Source of the DNA: a virus
Length of the DNA stretch: 64,000 nucleotides
Strand: one strand, 5' to 3'
Virus record (IMG/VR): IMGVR_UViG_3300028840_001107
Shown: one piece after another, positions 15,370 through 23,906 of the stretch
How positions within the stretch are numbered: the stretch's first letter is position 1
How the letters are laid out: each line of letters opens with the position of its first letter
Notes under the pieces: generated by a model
Databases searched by the model: none
What the model was told of the DNA's origin: nothing
What the model saw: only the letters and a program-made list of their open reading frames with translations
Position numbers and translations under genes: made by a program

Positions 15370-16323
15370 TTAAGCTAAGACGGCTGGGACACCGTACTCT
15401 AGAAAATTGTATTCGTGGTAGAGTTCTACCGTACTTAGAAAGACTGGACTGTTGGGATCGGTTAGACGCCCACCGCTGCCGTCTAAAAGAGTCTCTTGAG
15501 GGGCGTTCTCGTCGTTAGCGTCTTTGGCTACGATAAAGTGGTCTGGGTCTTCGGGGTCTAAGCCAGAGTCTTGTTCCCAGGAGTAGGTAGCTCCATCTCC
15601 CGTACCGCTTTTATTCCACTTACCCCGTAAACACTTGAAGCCTTTGTCTACTAAGTCTTCTACGTCCCAACCTTCGTAGCGTACTTCGAATTGAAGATTC
15701 TTCGTGTAGTAGTAGTTACAAAGGCCATTCATCTTCCTTTCCCAGGAGACCGTAGTTAGCTTGATCTTTCTCGTGGTTAGGCCCCACATCGGTACGGAGT
15801 TAACGCCGTCTATCATACTAGAGATAGTGTCTAGAGCTAGGATCGGAGAGTTAAACGAGATATTTACTTGCGGGCGTGACGCGTCTTTCTCGATACCGCG
15901 TACTATCTCGTGAGAGCTACTCTTGATAAGAGCGTTATTGCGGTCACGTTCTATCTCCTTTTGGAACCGTGCGAAGCTACCGCTAATCTTCGGAGGTTCT
16001 AGGAGCGGATCATCTACGGACTCATCCTGACAACGATTTAGGGGTTTCGTTGAGAACGTCTGTTCTACTTCCCACCAGATGTTAGGTTCGCCGGTATTGA
16101 CCGGAGTAACCTTCATCGTCGGATAGCAGAACGCCCAGGGGTCGGTCTCGTTACCGAACGCCCAGAAGGAGCCTATAGAGGGTAGACCGCTTGCGGTCAT
16201 AACCGTAGCCGGACCATCGAGAGAAGAAGAACATTTGACTAAGCTCTGTAGCTTGTACGTACGATGACCTTCGTTGTCTCGGTCTAATCCCCAATCTATT
16301 CTTCCTTTAACAGTAGCACTCAT
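15370..16323 (-). CDS. Distal tail protein candidate (317 aa)
   Basis: Immediately downstream of TMP with a 4 nt overlap, which is the positional expectation for Dit. No motif recognised. Confidence 0.45.
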   Translation of the reverse strand: MSATVKGRIDWGLDRDNEGHRTYKLQSLVKCSSSLDGPATVMTASGLPSIGSFWAFGNETDPWAFCYPTMKVTPVNTGEPNIWWEVEQTFSTKPLNRCQDESVDDPLLEPPKISGSFARFQKEIERDRNNALIKSSSHEIVRGIEKDASRPQVNISFNSPILALDTISSMIDGVNSVPMWGLTTRKIKLTTVSWERKMNGLCNYYYTKNLQFEVRYEGWDVEDLVDKGFKCLRGKWNKSGTGDGATYSWEQDSGLDPEDPDHFIVAKDANDENAPQETLLDGSGGRLTDPNSPVFLSTVELYHEYNFLEYGVPAVLA

Positions 16324-19019
16324 GAGGTTAGTCCTGCTTCTTGAACTTCTACTTGGGGTTTGGTTACCATCTTTTGGGTTAGCTTTACGAGTTCGCTAAT
16401 ACCCCTAGAAATGTGCTCGGTGACCGTCAGTTGTTTCTGATTAGTAGCTTCGGCGGATTGAACCGGCGTAGCCGTAGCTGGAGTAGTCGCTGGCTGTACC
16501 TTAGAGAGTAAGTCGTAGTATTCTTGACTTCCCTTAGTAACGGCTGCGTTGGGTCCAACGAAAACTTCTTGAAGTTTCTTCTTGGTAGCGTCCGCCATCT
16601 CTCCGGCTTTGTCGGTGCCCGTCTTTACTCCGTCTATCGCCATCTTGTTAGCTTCATCCCAGACGTCTCCTAGAAAGCCTTTAACTCCGTTGAAGACTTC
16701 TCCATAGTTAGTCGGATCACCTGTGCCTTTGGCGAGATTCTCTCCAGCTAGATCACCGACCTCATTCGCCATACCCGCAAACTCCGTCTCGAACTCCGGC
16801 ATATCTAAGTCGTCGAAGACACCGTTGAGGGGATTCTCTAGGCCAGCGGTTTCTTCTTCGATAATCTTTTTAACTTGATCCATTAGACCGGCTGGGTTAG
16901 TACCTTCTTCAAAACCGGTCTTAAAGTCGTCTCCAAACTTCCCTAAGTCTACCCACTCTCCGGTGAAGATGCTCTTAAGAATATCCCATCCCTTCTTCGC
17001 CATGTCCGCGAAGAAAGTAAGCACAGACTTGAGACCTTCCCAAGCCCACTTTACTAAGTCTCCGGTGAAGAGTTTCTTGAAGATAGTAACTTGAAAGTTG
17101 ACCCAAGCCTTAAACATCTTAACGATGCCGCTGATGATAGCACCTACCGCTTTGAATACTAATCCAGGTAGAGCTTTGATTACTCCCCACGCCGCTTTGA
17201 ATACGGTGCCTACCATCGCTGGTATTTTAGAAAGTACCGACCAGATTATTTTGAGGACGCTCATAAATACCTTAGCAATGAACCCTGGTATCTTGGCGAT
17301 CATCTTAAACATAAACTGGATGGCTTTGGCTTGGATTTTCAACCAAGCTCCCCATGCGGTTATGACGATGCGTAGGATGATACGAAAGGCTGCGGCTACG
17401 GACTTCCAGAGAAAGAGTTGTGTCTTAGCCCAAGCCACAACCAAAGCCTTAAGGAGCTTAAGCCAATTCTCTTTGAGCCAGTCCCAAAGGATCTTAACGT
17501 TAGTCGAAAAGTTTTGTATAAACCCAAGACCTACTTTAGCCCAGTTCTTTATAGCCTCTAACGCTCCATCCCAACCTACAGTCATTTCGATAACGACGGC
17601 TATGATAGCAGTTACCGCTGCGATAGTTAGACTGATTGGACCCAGCATAGTAGCTAGCCCGATCTTTACAGCGGTGATAGCTTTCTTAAGACCTCCCATG
17701 GTAACGGTAGCAATCTGAGTCGTAACCGTTAACGAAGTTAGCATAGTTTTTGCCGCTTGAAACGCTTTCGTCATAAAGAGTACGCTGGTACCTACGGACT
17801 TGACGGCGGTAACCATCAGCGAGAAACTTATCAACGCTGGACCGATAGCCGCCACGACACCAGTGACGGCTACGGCGTTCTTCTTTACTTCGGGTGATAG
17901 CTTCGACCATTCTTTGATAGCTTTGGAAAGTAGTTCCCTCAACTTCATAAGAGTCGGAGCAAGAATTTTACCTATCTCGATCATCGCCACCGTGACTTCG
18001 TTCTTAAGTAGCTTCCACTGGTTAGCGAAGGATTTCATCTGCTTTTCCTTCACTTCTTCCATCGTGTCGGCTGCTTTTCTCTGACCGGCTTCAAACTCCT
18101 TCATCACGTCGGTCATACCAAGTAACGGCGTAATTGACTTCTGGGCCAACGCAGCGAATCCAAGTTCTTCTAGAGCAGCGTCCCGAATAGGTTCAGGCAT
18201 ATCCTCGAATGCCTTCTCCATATCTCCTATGATCTCGATGAAGTTTCGATACTTACCCGTAGACTTGTCGACTACATCGATACCATACTTCTTAAACGCC
18301 TCTCCATTTTCTCTAGATGCCTTAGTAAGCAACCGAGTAGCACGGCCCATAAGGTTACCGCCCTCAGCACCCTTCTTACCGGCAGAGGCGTAGGCACCTA
18401 GCACGGCCATCGTCGTTTCGATTTCCATACCGAAGTTTCTAGCAGCTACACCCGCGTCAGCCGTAATAGACTCAGAAAACTGTTGTACGGATGCGTTGGC
18501 TTGTCGTGCGGCTAAAACGATATGGTCTCCAAGACCTCTCATATTTGCGCCAGCGTCGTCAACTTCTATACCTAACGCCGTTTGGGCGTCGGTAAGTAAG
18601 TCGGTAGCTTGGGCCATATCAAAAGCTCCAGCCGTTGCGAAGTCTATCACCGTAGGTAACGCCGCCATAGACTTCTCTGCGTCTAAACCGGCAGAGGCTA
18701 GGAAGTAGTAAGACTTCGCAAGTTCAGCTGGACCTTTCGTAGAAGTTTTAGACAAGTTAAGAGCGGTTTGTTCCATCCGCTTAGTTTGCTCTTCACTAGC
18801 AGACATGATAGAGGTAGACTCTACCATAGCTTGATCGAAGTCTGCGAACGCTTTAACAGCTAATCCACGACCAGCCAGAATGGGACCGGTTACGGCCATG
18901 GTAAGTTGCTTACCCCAACGCATCGTAGAGGCACTTACCTTCTTAAGCATCTTCTGATATTGGCTGTCGTCACCTAGAAGTTTGACTAGTAGGTTTCCGA
19001 CGTTTTGAGTAGACGCCAT
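16320..19019 (-). CDS. Tail tape measure protein
   Basis: 899 aa. N-terminal TSIMSASEEQTKRMEQTALNLSKTSTKGPAELAKSYYFLASAGLDAEKSMAALPTVIDFATAGAFDMAQATDLLTDAQTALG is the TP901-type TMP core. Long hydrophobic/helical middle. Follows the chaperone genes. Confidence 0.9.
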   Translation of the reverse strand: MASTQNVGNLLVKLLGDDSQYQKMLKKVSASTMRWGKQLTMAVTGPILAGRGLAVKAFADFDQAMVESTSIMSASEEQTKRMEQTALNLSKTSTKGPAELAKSYYFLASAGLDAEKSMAALPTVIDFATAGAFDMAQATDLLTDAQTALGIEVDDAGANMRGLGDHIVLAARQANASVQQFSESITADAGVAARNFGMEIETTMAVLGAYASAGKKGAEGGNLMGRATRLLTKASRENGEAFKKYGIDVVDKSTGKYRNFIEIIGDMEKAFEDMPEPIRDAALEELGFAALAQKSITPLLGMTDVMKEFEAGQRKAADTMEEVKEKQMKSFANQWKLLKNEVTVAMIEIGKILAPTLMKLRELLSKAIKEWSKLSPEVKKNAVAVTGVVAAIGPALISFSLMVTAVKSVGTSVLFMTKAFQAAKTMLTSLTVTTQIATVTMGGLKKAITAVKIGLATMLGPISLTIAAVTAIIAVVIEMTVGWDGALEAIKNWAKVGLGFIQNFSTNVKILWDWLKENWLKLLKALVVAWAKTQLFLWKSVAAAFRIILRIVITAWGAWLKIQAKAIQFMFKMIAKIPGFIAKVFMSVLKIIWSVLSKIPAMVGTVFKAAWGVIKALPGLVFKAVGAIISGIVKMFKAWVNFQVTIFKKLFTGDLVKWAWEGLKSVLTFFADMAKKGWDILKSIFTGEWVDLGKFGDDFKTGFEEGTNPAGLMDQVKKIIEEETAGLENPLNGVFDDLDMPEFETEFAGMANEVGDLAGENLAKGTGDPTNYGEVFNGVKGFLGDVWDEANKMAIDGVKTGTDKAGEMADATKKKLQEVFVGPNAAVTKGSQEYYDLLSKVQPATTPATATPVQSAEATNQKQLTVTEHISRGISELVKLTQKMVTKPQVEVQEAGLTS

Positions 19020-19710
19020 TACTTGGGTCCCTTATAACCGCTGCGAGCAAACCAAACGGACTTAGCCGCTTTCATCAAGTTCGGTCCGATACCTTTTGGC
19101 TTATCGTCGTCGGACCATTCGAACTTGATTTTACAATCATCTAGCTTGGGTCTACGTTTGGCGAATAGACCGCGTATGTCTTGAGTAATCTGCATCAGAT
19201 AGTGATCGGTTCTACTGGGCGAATTAGCATCGAGCTTAAACCACTCCTGCCAAAGTTCGTACTCCCTAGAACTAACCTTATCCATACACTCGCCTAACGA
19301 CATACCCAAAAACTTGGCGAGTCTAAACCAACCGTCCCAAGCCTTTACTCGTTTTTTGTTTCTTCTTCGTCTTCGTCGGAGGTATCGATGCCGCTGATAC
19401 GTTTAGCTCTAGTAGCTAACGCTTCAACGATATGGCTCGGCCAACTACGTACCGTCTGCTCTTTGACGGGTAGATCGTTCTCATCCCTAAGACAGTTCGC
19501 TACGATCCATGGGTCGAGGTCGGCAAGGTTTCTAACCTTTACCGGCTTTGAGTCAGGACCAAGCTCCGTAGACGCCATGAGCTTATTCTTATATTGGGCC
19601 GCCACGTGACCCGTAGCTTCTCTCAGGACGTAGTGCTTTCCTGCGAGCTTAACGGGTACGCGAATAGGTTCCAACGAATCAAACTCGATACCTTGAATTA
19701 GATCGGTCAT
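19019..19710 (-). CDS. Tail assembly chaperone G-T fusion produced by -1 programmed frameshift
   Basis: Slippery A_AAA_AAC at 19357..19351 in the G zero frame. The -1 frame reads KKRVKAWDGWFRLAKFLGMSLGEC... with no stop, directly into the 19019..19309 ORF. That ORF's SSREYELWQEWFKLD...RTDHYLMQITQDI resembles the lambda gpT domain. Confidence 0.65.
19345..19710 (-). CDS. Tail assembly chaperone (G-like)
   Basis: 121 aa acidic-tailed ORF between major tail and TMP genes. Ends ...SDEDEEETKNE*. Confidence 0.7.
   Translation of the reverse strand: MTDLIQGIEFDSLEPIRVPVKLAGKHYVLREATGHVAAQYKNKLMASTELGPDSKPVKVRNLADLDPWIVANCLRDENDLPVKEQTVRSWPSHIVEALATRAKRISGIDTSDEDEEETKNE
19351..19357 (-). other. -1 ribosomal frameshift slippery heptamer A_AAA_AAC
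   Basis: Plus-strand GTTTTTT at 19351-19357. Zero-frame codons are aca aaa aac gag taa. Confidence 0.6.
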
Positions 19711-19735
19711 TTGCCGCTCCTAGTAGATACCCGCT

Positions 19736-19781
19736 AATAAAAATGCCCTAGGCTCCCGTGCGGGAATACAGGAGCCTAGGG
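19736..19781 (-). terminator. Rho-independent terminator after the major tail gene
   Basis: Perfect 11 bp stem CCCTAGGCTCC/GGAGCCTAGGG (19746-19756 / 19771-19781), followed on the minus strand by CATTTTTATT. Confidence 0.75.
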
Positions 19782-19798
19782 AGCACCTACCGGCGGCC

Positions 19799-20251
19799 CT
19801 ACGCGGTATAGGTCGGTCCAGTCTCAGCTCCGGTGCTATTCTCGTTCGTACAGACAATCTCGCACTCAGCTTCGGGTTGGGAACCCTCGACAATTTCTCC
19901 TGGAGCGAAGCTCTTGAGGTAACCCATAAAGTCAAGGGTAGAACCGTCCGGAAAATGAATCGTGATCCAACCTTCGACGTTAATCAACGCGACGATCTGA
20001 TCGTAGACGGCAGGATCATAAGCCGCAGTAAAGGAAGCATCGGTAAGCTCCTTCAACTGTCGGGCTGCCTTCGTTCGGTAGGTAGTGTTATGCATCGTCG
20101 AAGTTTCGACTGCGTCACCACCGTCTATTCCCGGAGGAGTTACTGCCTTTTCCCAAAGGCTAACGTCTGCGTCTTGGGCGAACGCGATCAAACATTGATA
20201 GCCGTCCCCCAACTTGGTACCGACGGGAGTACCTCTACTTGTGGTTACCAT
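19799..20251 (-). CDS. Major tail (tube) protein
   Basis: 150 aa ORF immediately upstream of the chaperone/TMP genes, followed by a strong terminator. Composition is typical of siphovirus tube proteins. Confidence 0.65.
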   Translation of the reverse strand: MVTTSRGTPVGTKLGDGYQCLIAFAQDADVSLWEKAVTPPGIDGGDAVETSTMHNTTYRTKAARQLKELTDASFTAAYDPAVYDQIVALINVEGWITIHFPDGSTLDFMGYLKSFAPGEIVEGSQPEAECEIVCTNENSTGAETGPTYTA

Positions 20252-20261
20252 AGTTTATCTC

Positions 20262-20723
20262 CTATGATGAAGAACCGGTTCCAGTCTGTATTACGCTTAA
20301 CGTACCGTTGATGGTATGTAAGTGTCTTCTCGTATCTTTATCGAAGCCGGCAGAGACGACTTCGGTTGTTCGGTTAAACGATTGGATTAGGTAGAGTACC
20401 GACCCCACCGTCACTTCCGTACGCCGTACCTGAGTATCTAACGCTCTAGCTATCCGATGAGCCTTGAGACGCCCGTTCGCTTTACCAGCGGAGCGTACGG
20501 CTACTTGAATGCCGTGAAACTCTACTGGCTCTCCGTCGTGTTGGATTCTACCTTGTATCGTACCTTCGGTGTTATAGACGCAGATGGAATCGTCGTCTTC
20601 TTCCGGTAGGTGGTCTACGAAAGCAGGCCAATCGTAGCCGTAGCTAGGCTCGTTGGCTAGGGATAAATCTAACAGAGCTTGGTGGATTACCTCTGCGGGC
20701 GAATGGAATAAAAAGCCAGTCAT
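20262..20723 (-). CDS. Tail terminator / neck protein candidate
   Basis: Position immediately upstream of the major tail gene. 153 aa. Confidence 0.45.
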   Translation of the reverse strand: MTGFLFHSPAEVIHQALLDLSLANEPSYGYDWPAFVDHLPEEDDDSICVYNTEGTIQGRIQHDGEPVEFHGIQVAVRSAGKANGRLKAHRIARALDTQVRRTEVTVGSVLYLIQSFNRTTEVVSAGFDKDTRRHLHTINGTLSVIQTGTGSSS

Positions 20724-20735
20724 CGTTTATCTCCT

Positions 20736-21164
20736 TTAGCGGTATGGGTCCGCTCCATGTTTCTTCTGTTCTGATTCAGCCCAAGCTCTACCCGCAGCCG
20801 CTTGGGCGTTAGACTCTTTCGCGGTATAGGCACTGGCCTTTAACGCTCCGGTATCTACCGGCGTTAGCAGTTGGCTTTCCCTTTGTAGCCGTAATCCTGC
20901 GTAGACTAGAGCATCTGTTAGTGAACCCCTCTGCTTGTAAACTGACGCGATAAGCCTGACTAGTTCTCGTCCTAGTTCCCTGAAAGGTTTCTCTAGGAAC
21001 TTCGCTTGCCCTACGTGATGGTAGGCTCCTAGATTCTCGTGGACGTGCATAGCGTAGTTCTGAGTATACGCTACGATAACGTCCTCACGATTCTCTTTAC
21101 GAGCTTTGAGGCGGAGCTTCTTTATAGCTTTGTCTACCCCTTTACTGTCTACAATTACAGCCAT
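20736..21164 (-). CDS. HK97 gp10-like tail completion / head-tail joining protein
   Basis: MAVIVDSKGVDKAIKKLRLKARKE...VIVAYTQNYAMHVHE...GQAKFLEKP resembles the HK97 gp10 family. Position fits. Confidence 0.55.
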   Translation of the reverse strand: MAVIVDSKGVDKAIKKLRLKARKENREDVIVAYTQNYAMHVHENLGAYHHVGQAKFLEKPFRELGRELVRLIASVYKQRGSLTDALVYAGLRLQRESQLLTPVDTGALKASAYTAKESNAQAAAGRAWAESEQKKHGADPYR

Positions 21165-21312
21165 CCCGTTGAACCCTCTCTAACCAACTCCTGAGCTCAT
21201 CTAACTTCGTCGAAACTTCGTCCAGCTTCGTTTCTAACTTCTTAACCCGTTCTATTAGTTTAGCTTGTTCCAAAGATCTGCTAGCCATTCCACGAGAATC
21301 TATACGTTCCAT
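21142..21312 (-). CDS. Small coiled-coil protein (56 aa)
   Basis: Own reading: MERIDSRGMASRSLEQAKLIERVKKLETKLDEVSTKLDELRSWLERVQRDGCNCRQ. Fills the 149 nt gap and overlaps the next start. Below the track cutoff. Confidence 0.4.
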   Translation of the reverse strand: MERIDSRGMASRSLEQAKLIERVKKLETKLDEVSTKLDELRSWLERVQRDGCNCRQ

Positions 21313-21313
21313 A

Positions 21314-21655
21314 CTACGTAAAGTTCAGTTTTACAATAACCTCTTTCGTACGCGCAGGCGTAGCGTCCGTAGACACCGTCACCTTTATTGAGTAAGGGCT
21401 ACTGCTTGAACTACCTCCTGTAACGGTAAACTGAACCGCTTGTCCTACAGCCACTTGGTTACCCGTATGAGCGTGCTCAAAAGCAGTTGTATTAACTCTT
21501 TTGCTAGCTAGGGTAAGGTCTGTCGTGGTAACTTCTACGACTGTAGGAGTACCAGTAAGTAGCTCTCCTTCGTCCAACCAGTCGGAGTAGTCGAGGGCTA
21601 CCGCTTCGGTATCTCCTTCACTTAGCGTAAATATTTCAGACAATTCTAAAGTCAT
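21314..21655 (-). CDS. Hypothetical beta-rich (Ig-like?) structural protein (113 aa)
   Basis: ORF track. T/V/S-rich with a GGSSSSSPYS segment. Confidence 0.5.
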   Translation of the reverse strand: MTLELSEIFTLSEGDTEAVALDYSDWLDEGELLTGTPTVVEVTTTDLTLASKRVNTTAFEHAHTGNQVAVGQAVQFTVTGGSSSSSPYSIKVTVSTDATPARTKEVIVKLNFT

Positions 21656-21939
21656 TGGCTTGTCTCCCTAACCGATAGATGGGGGCGGTTATCCGGTACG
21701 CTGTAGTGGGGTCGGTTATCCTCTACTGTCTCGTGGGGGCGGTTATCCTCTACTGTAAGTTGGGGCCGATTATCCTGGAGAAGATAATGAGGGCGGTTAT
21801 CCTCTACGGTTAACTCTACTCCAGGAACGAAGTCATACGCCGTGTCGGTACTATCTAACATCCCCATAGTAGCTACCAGATAAATACTACCTACACCCCA
21901 AGGTCCCATCCCGTTAAGAACTACACTAGCTATACTCAT
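21652..21939 (-). CDS. DNRPH-repeat protein (95 aa)
   Basis: Hydrophobic N-terminus followed by five repeats: VEDNRPH, LQDNRPQ, VEDNRPH, VEDNRPH, VPDNRPH. Confidence 0.6.
   Translation of the reverse strand: MSIASVVLNGMGPWGVGSIYLVATMGMLDSTDTAYDFVPGVELTVEDNRPHYLLQDNRPQLTVEDNRPHETVEDNRPHYSVPDNRPHLSVRETSQ
21679..21810. repeat. Five imperfect ~27 nt tandem repeats (plus-strand core GGNCGRTTATCC)
   Basis: gggggcggttatccgg / gggtcggttatcctc / gggggcggttatcctc / ggggccgattatcctg / gagggcggttatcctc, read directly. Confidence 0.85.
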
Positions 21940-23564
21940 TCGACTCTCTCCAGCGAAGTAGGATTGGAGACGTGGTTGTAGTCAAACTTACCTGCTATTG
22001 AGGTTCCATCGAGTTGGTAGACTGTTCTCCTTCCGTTTGTTATAGCAAACTGAGTTAGGAACTGCTGAAGCATGTAAAGCAGTTCAACGACTGAAGCTTC
22101 ACTTCCTTGACTTGCGTAGCTCTCCGTTCTAGCCGTCGTAAGTATCTCTTCAGTTGCTTTATCCCAGCGTTGACTATCTAGGAACGGCGTGAGCCTTTCT
22201 GCGATATTCGGTACCCAGCGTAGAGCTTCTAGCATCGACGGTTGTTTCATAACGGCGATACTCCAAGTCCCATCGTGCTTACAACCGAAGTAGGCTCTGA
22301 TCTCTCCGGCCTGAGTAAACTCTTGGTTGCGGATATCATCTCCTGCGAACGAAAGGATGTCTACCTCTTGGTTAGGATATTCGAAGTCTTGAGTAGACAT
22401 AATCGTGCTAACCGGCCTCCGCTTATCTCTCGGAAAGTCCGACGTAGGACATTCGTACAAACGAAATTGGGAGTAGTCGCTGTTAGGTCCGTACTCCGCT
22501 ACGGCGATATTGAATAGACCGGTTGAACCGTTACGAAAAGCGTTGCCCGAGTAGTAGCCGTGATAGGGTTGCCGTTCGTAGCCAGTATCGCTGGCTCCGA
22601 ATATCGGGTCACCGTCTTTAGTCCAGTCTTCCATATTAGTAGAGGTAGCTCTGCCGACCTTACGAGCGAACGCCGGAAACGTTAGACGCTGAGCGGTAGT
22701 CGCTAGATTAGTATAGTACATAACATACTTATTGATGTCGTCATCGTAGATAAGTCCGGTGCATTCGCAGCTATCGTGCTCCCAGCCTAACGACGGAGAC
22801 ATAACCGGGTTGTTCCCTTCGATGTTCAACCAATGACCGTTCGGACCGAGCCAACCCGCCAACCCGGATGACGATGAGTAGTAACCTACCGATACAACGG
22901 TTTGGGCTGCGTTACGTCCGGTAGCAATCATTCGCCAATCGCCACTACCAACCCTTGTCGGGATACCACACCATACGCCGTCTTCGTTCCACTCGCCAGA
23001 ACCACCGGCTGAGACGCAGGTAGTTCCAGTAGACCAGCCAGTCAAGCCGTCACTAGAAGTACGAACGCGGATGCAGTACTTGCCATTCCCATCTCTGGCA
23101 GTGTAGTAGCATCGCCATGGGGCTGGTTCTTCGTCTTGGTCGTAGACGATATAGGGCCAAGTAGCCAGTCCGTTGTCGTCCGGTTCAGTAGCGAACAGAA
23201 TAGTCTTTTTGTAGATCGGCCAATCCCGTACGCCGTACAGTTGCTTCGCTGCTTTAGTAAGAGGTTCGTCGGCGGTAATGATAGGAACTATCTCGCCGTA
23301 ACCCGATGCGGTATTCTTATAGAACTCGATGGCGAACTCTTCGTAGTCGGTCTCACCTTGAGTCGGTACGTACTTCCAAAGCCCGCCAGCGACGTGGGAG
23401 GGATTACCGTTAGCCGTAGCTGTTCGAGTAGTAGCACCCGTAACCGGATCAGTAACGATGTGGTATCCGGTTACCCCGCTGCCAATGCCTAGATTGTCCG
23501 CTGCGTTTCTGGGCTTGGCATAAACTGCCGGCGGATACAAAGCGTTTCGAGGGTATAGCAACAT
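21936..23564 (-). CDS. Beta-propeller glycoside-hydrolase-like protein (GH43/32/130-like fold suspected)
   Basis: 542 aa with repeated W/G-rich blade-like segments (SSDGLTGWS, SSSGLAGWLG, MEDWTKDGDPIF). Assignment by pattern only. Confidence 0.4.
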   Translation of the reverse strand: MLLYPRNALYPPAVYAKPRNAADNLGIGSGVTGYHIVTDPVTGATTRTATANGNPSHVAGGLWKYVPTQGETDYEEFAIEFYKNTASGYGEIVPIITADEPLTKAAKQLYGVRDWPIYKKTILFATEPDDNGLATWPYIVYDQDEEPAPWRCYYTARDGNGKYCIRVRTSSDGLTGWSTGTTCVSAGGSGEWNEDGVWCGIPTRVGSGDWRMIATGRNAAQTVVSVGYYSSSSGLAGWLGPNGHWLNIEGNNPVMSPSLGWEHDSCECTGLIYDDDINKYVMYYTNLATTAQRLTFPAFARKVGRATSTNMEDWTKDGDPIFGASDTGYERQPYHGYYSGNAFRNGSTGLFNIAVAEYGPNSDYSQFRLYECPTSDFPRDKRRPVSTIMSTQDFEYPNQEVDILSFAGDDIRNQEFTQAGEIRAYFGCKHDGTWSIAVMKQPSMLEALRWVPNIAERLTPFLDSQRWDKATEEILTTARTESYASQGSEASVVELLYMLQQFLTQFAITNGRRTVYQLDGTSIAGKFDYNHVSNPTSLERVE

Positions 23565-23597
23565 CGGTACTCTCCGGTTAGGCGGCTACTGGTTTGG

Positions 23598-23906
23598 TTA
23601 CTCTTCTTCGGGCTGGCTTCGAAGTTGGACTCTCATACGTACCTGAGCTTGAAGAGCGGTGTTGTCGGGTATCGTTTCCGGCGTAGTATACTCAGCCAAA
23701 GCTAAAGCGTCAGAGACCTTATCATTGTTCTCCAGAAACGCTTCGATAGTAGCCAACGGCGTATCGTCGGTCATCTCGATAAGTAGAGCTACGTAACGTT
23801 TACCAGTCTGTAGCGGTGCATCCTTTTGGGCGGTTGGTCCTTTCCTTCTCCAGCGTCGAAGAAGTTCGGCTTCAGTCGGATCTGTGATTACAATAGCGTC
23901 ACTCAT
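23598..23906 (-). CDS. Hypothetical protein (102 aa)
   Basis: ORF track. 4 nt overlap with the fibre gene stop. Confidence 0.55.
   Translation of the reverse strand: MSDAIVITDPTEAELLRRWRRKGPTAQKDAPLQTGKRYVALLIEMTDDTPLATIEAFLENNDKVSDALALAEYTTPETIPDNTALQAQVRMRVQLRSQPEEE

Noticed and set aside
17098-17718. 206 aa plus-strand ORF, and other antisense ORFs (17800-18084, 18496-18708), inside the tape measure gene
   Set aside because: They are embedded antisense in a 2.7 kb gene with clear TMP motifs. Their Ala/Thr/Ile-rich composition is typical of the reverse frames of a helical protein.
21679-21810. The five TTATCC-containing repeats resemble DnaA boxes (TTATCCACA) and could be read as an origin-like iteron array
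   Set aside because: Each copy matches only about 7 of 9 positions. The repeat is in frame and conserves the peptide DNRP(H/Q), and TTATC simply arises from the GAT-AAC (Asp-Asn) codons. A coding repeat is the simpler explanation.
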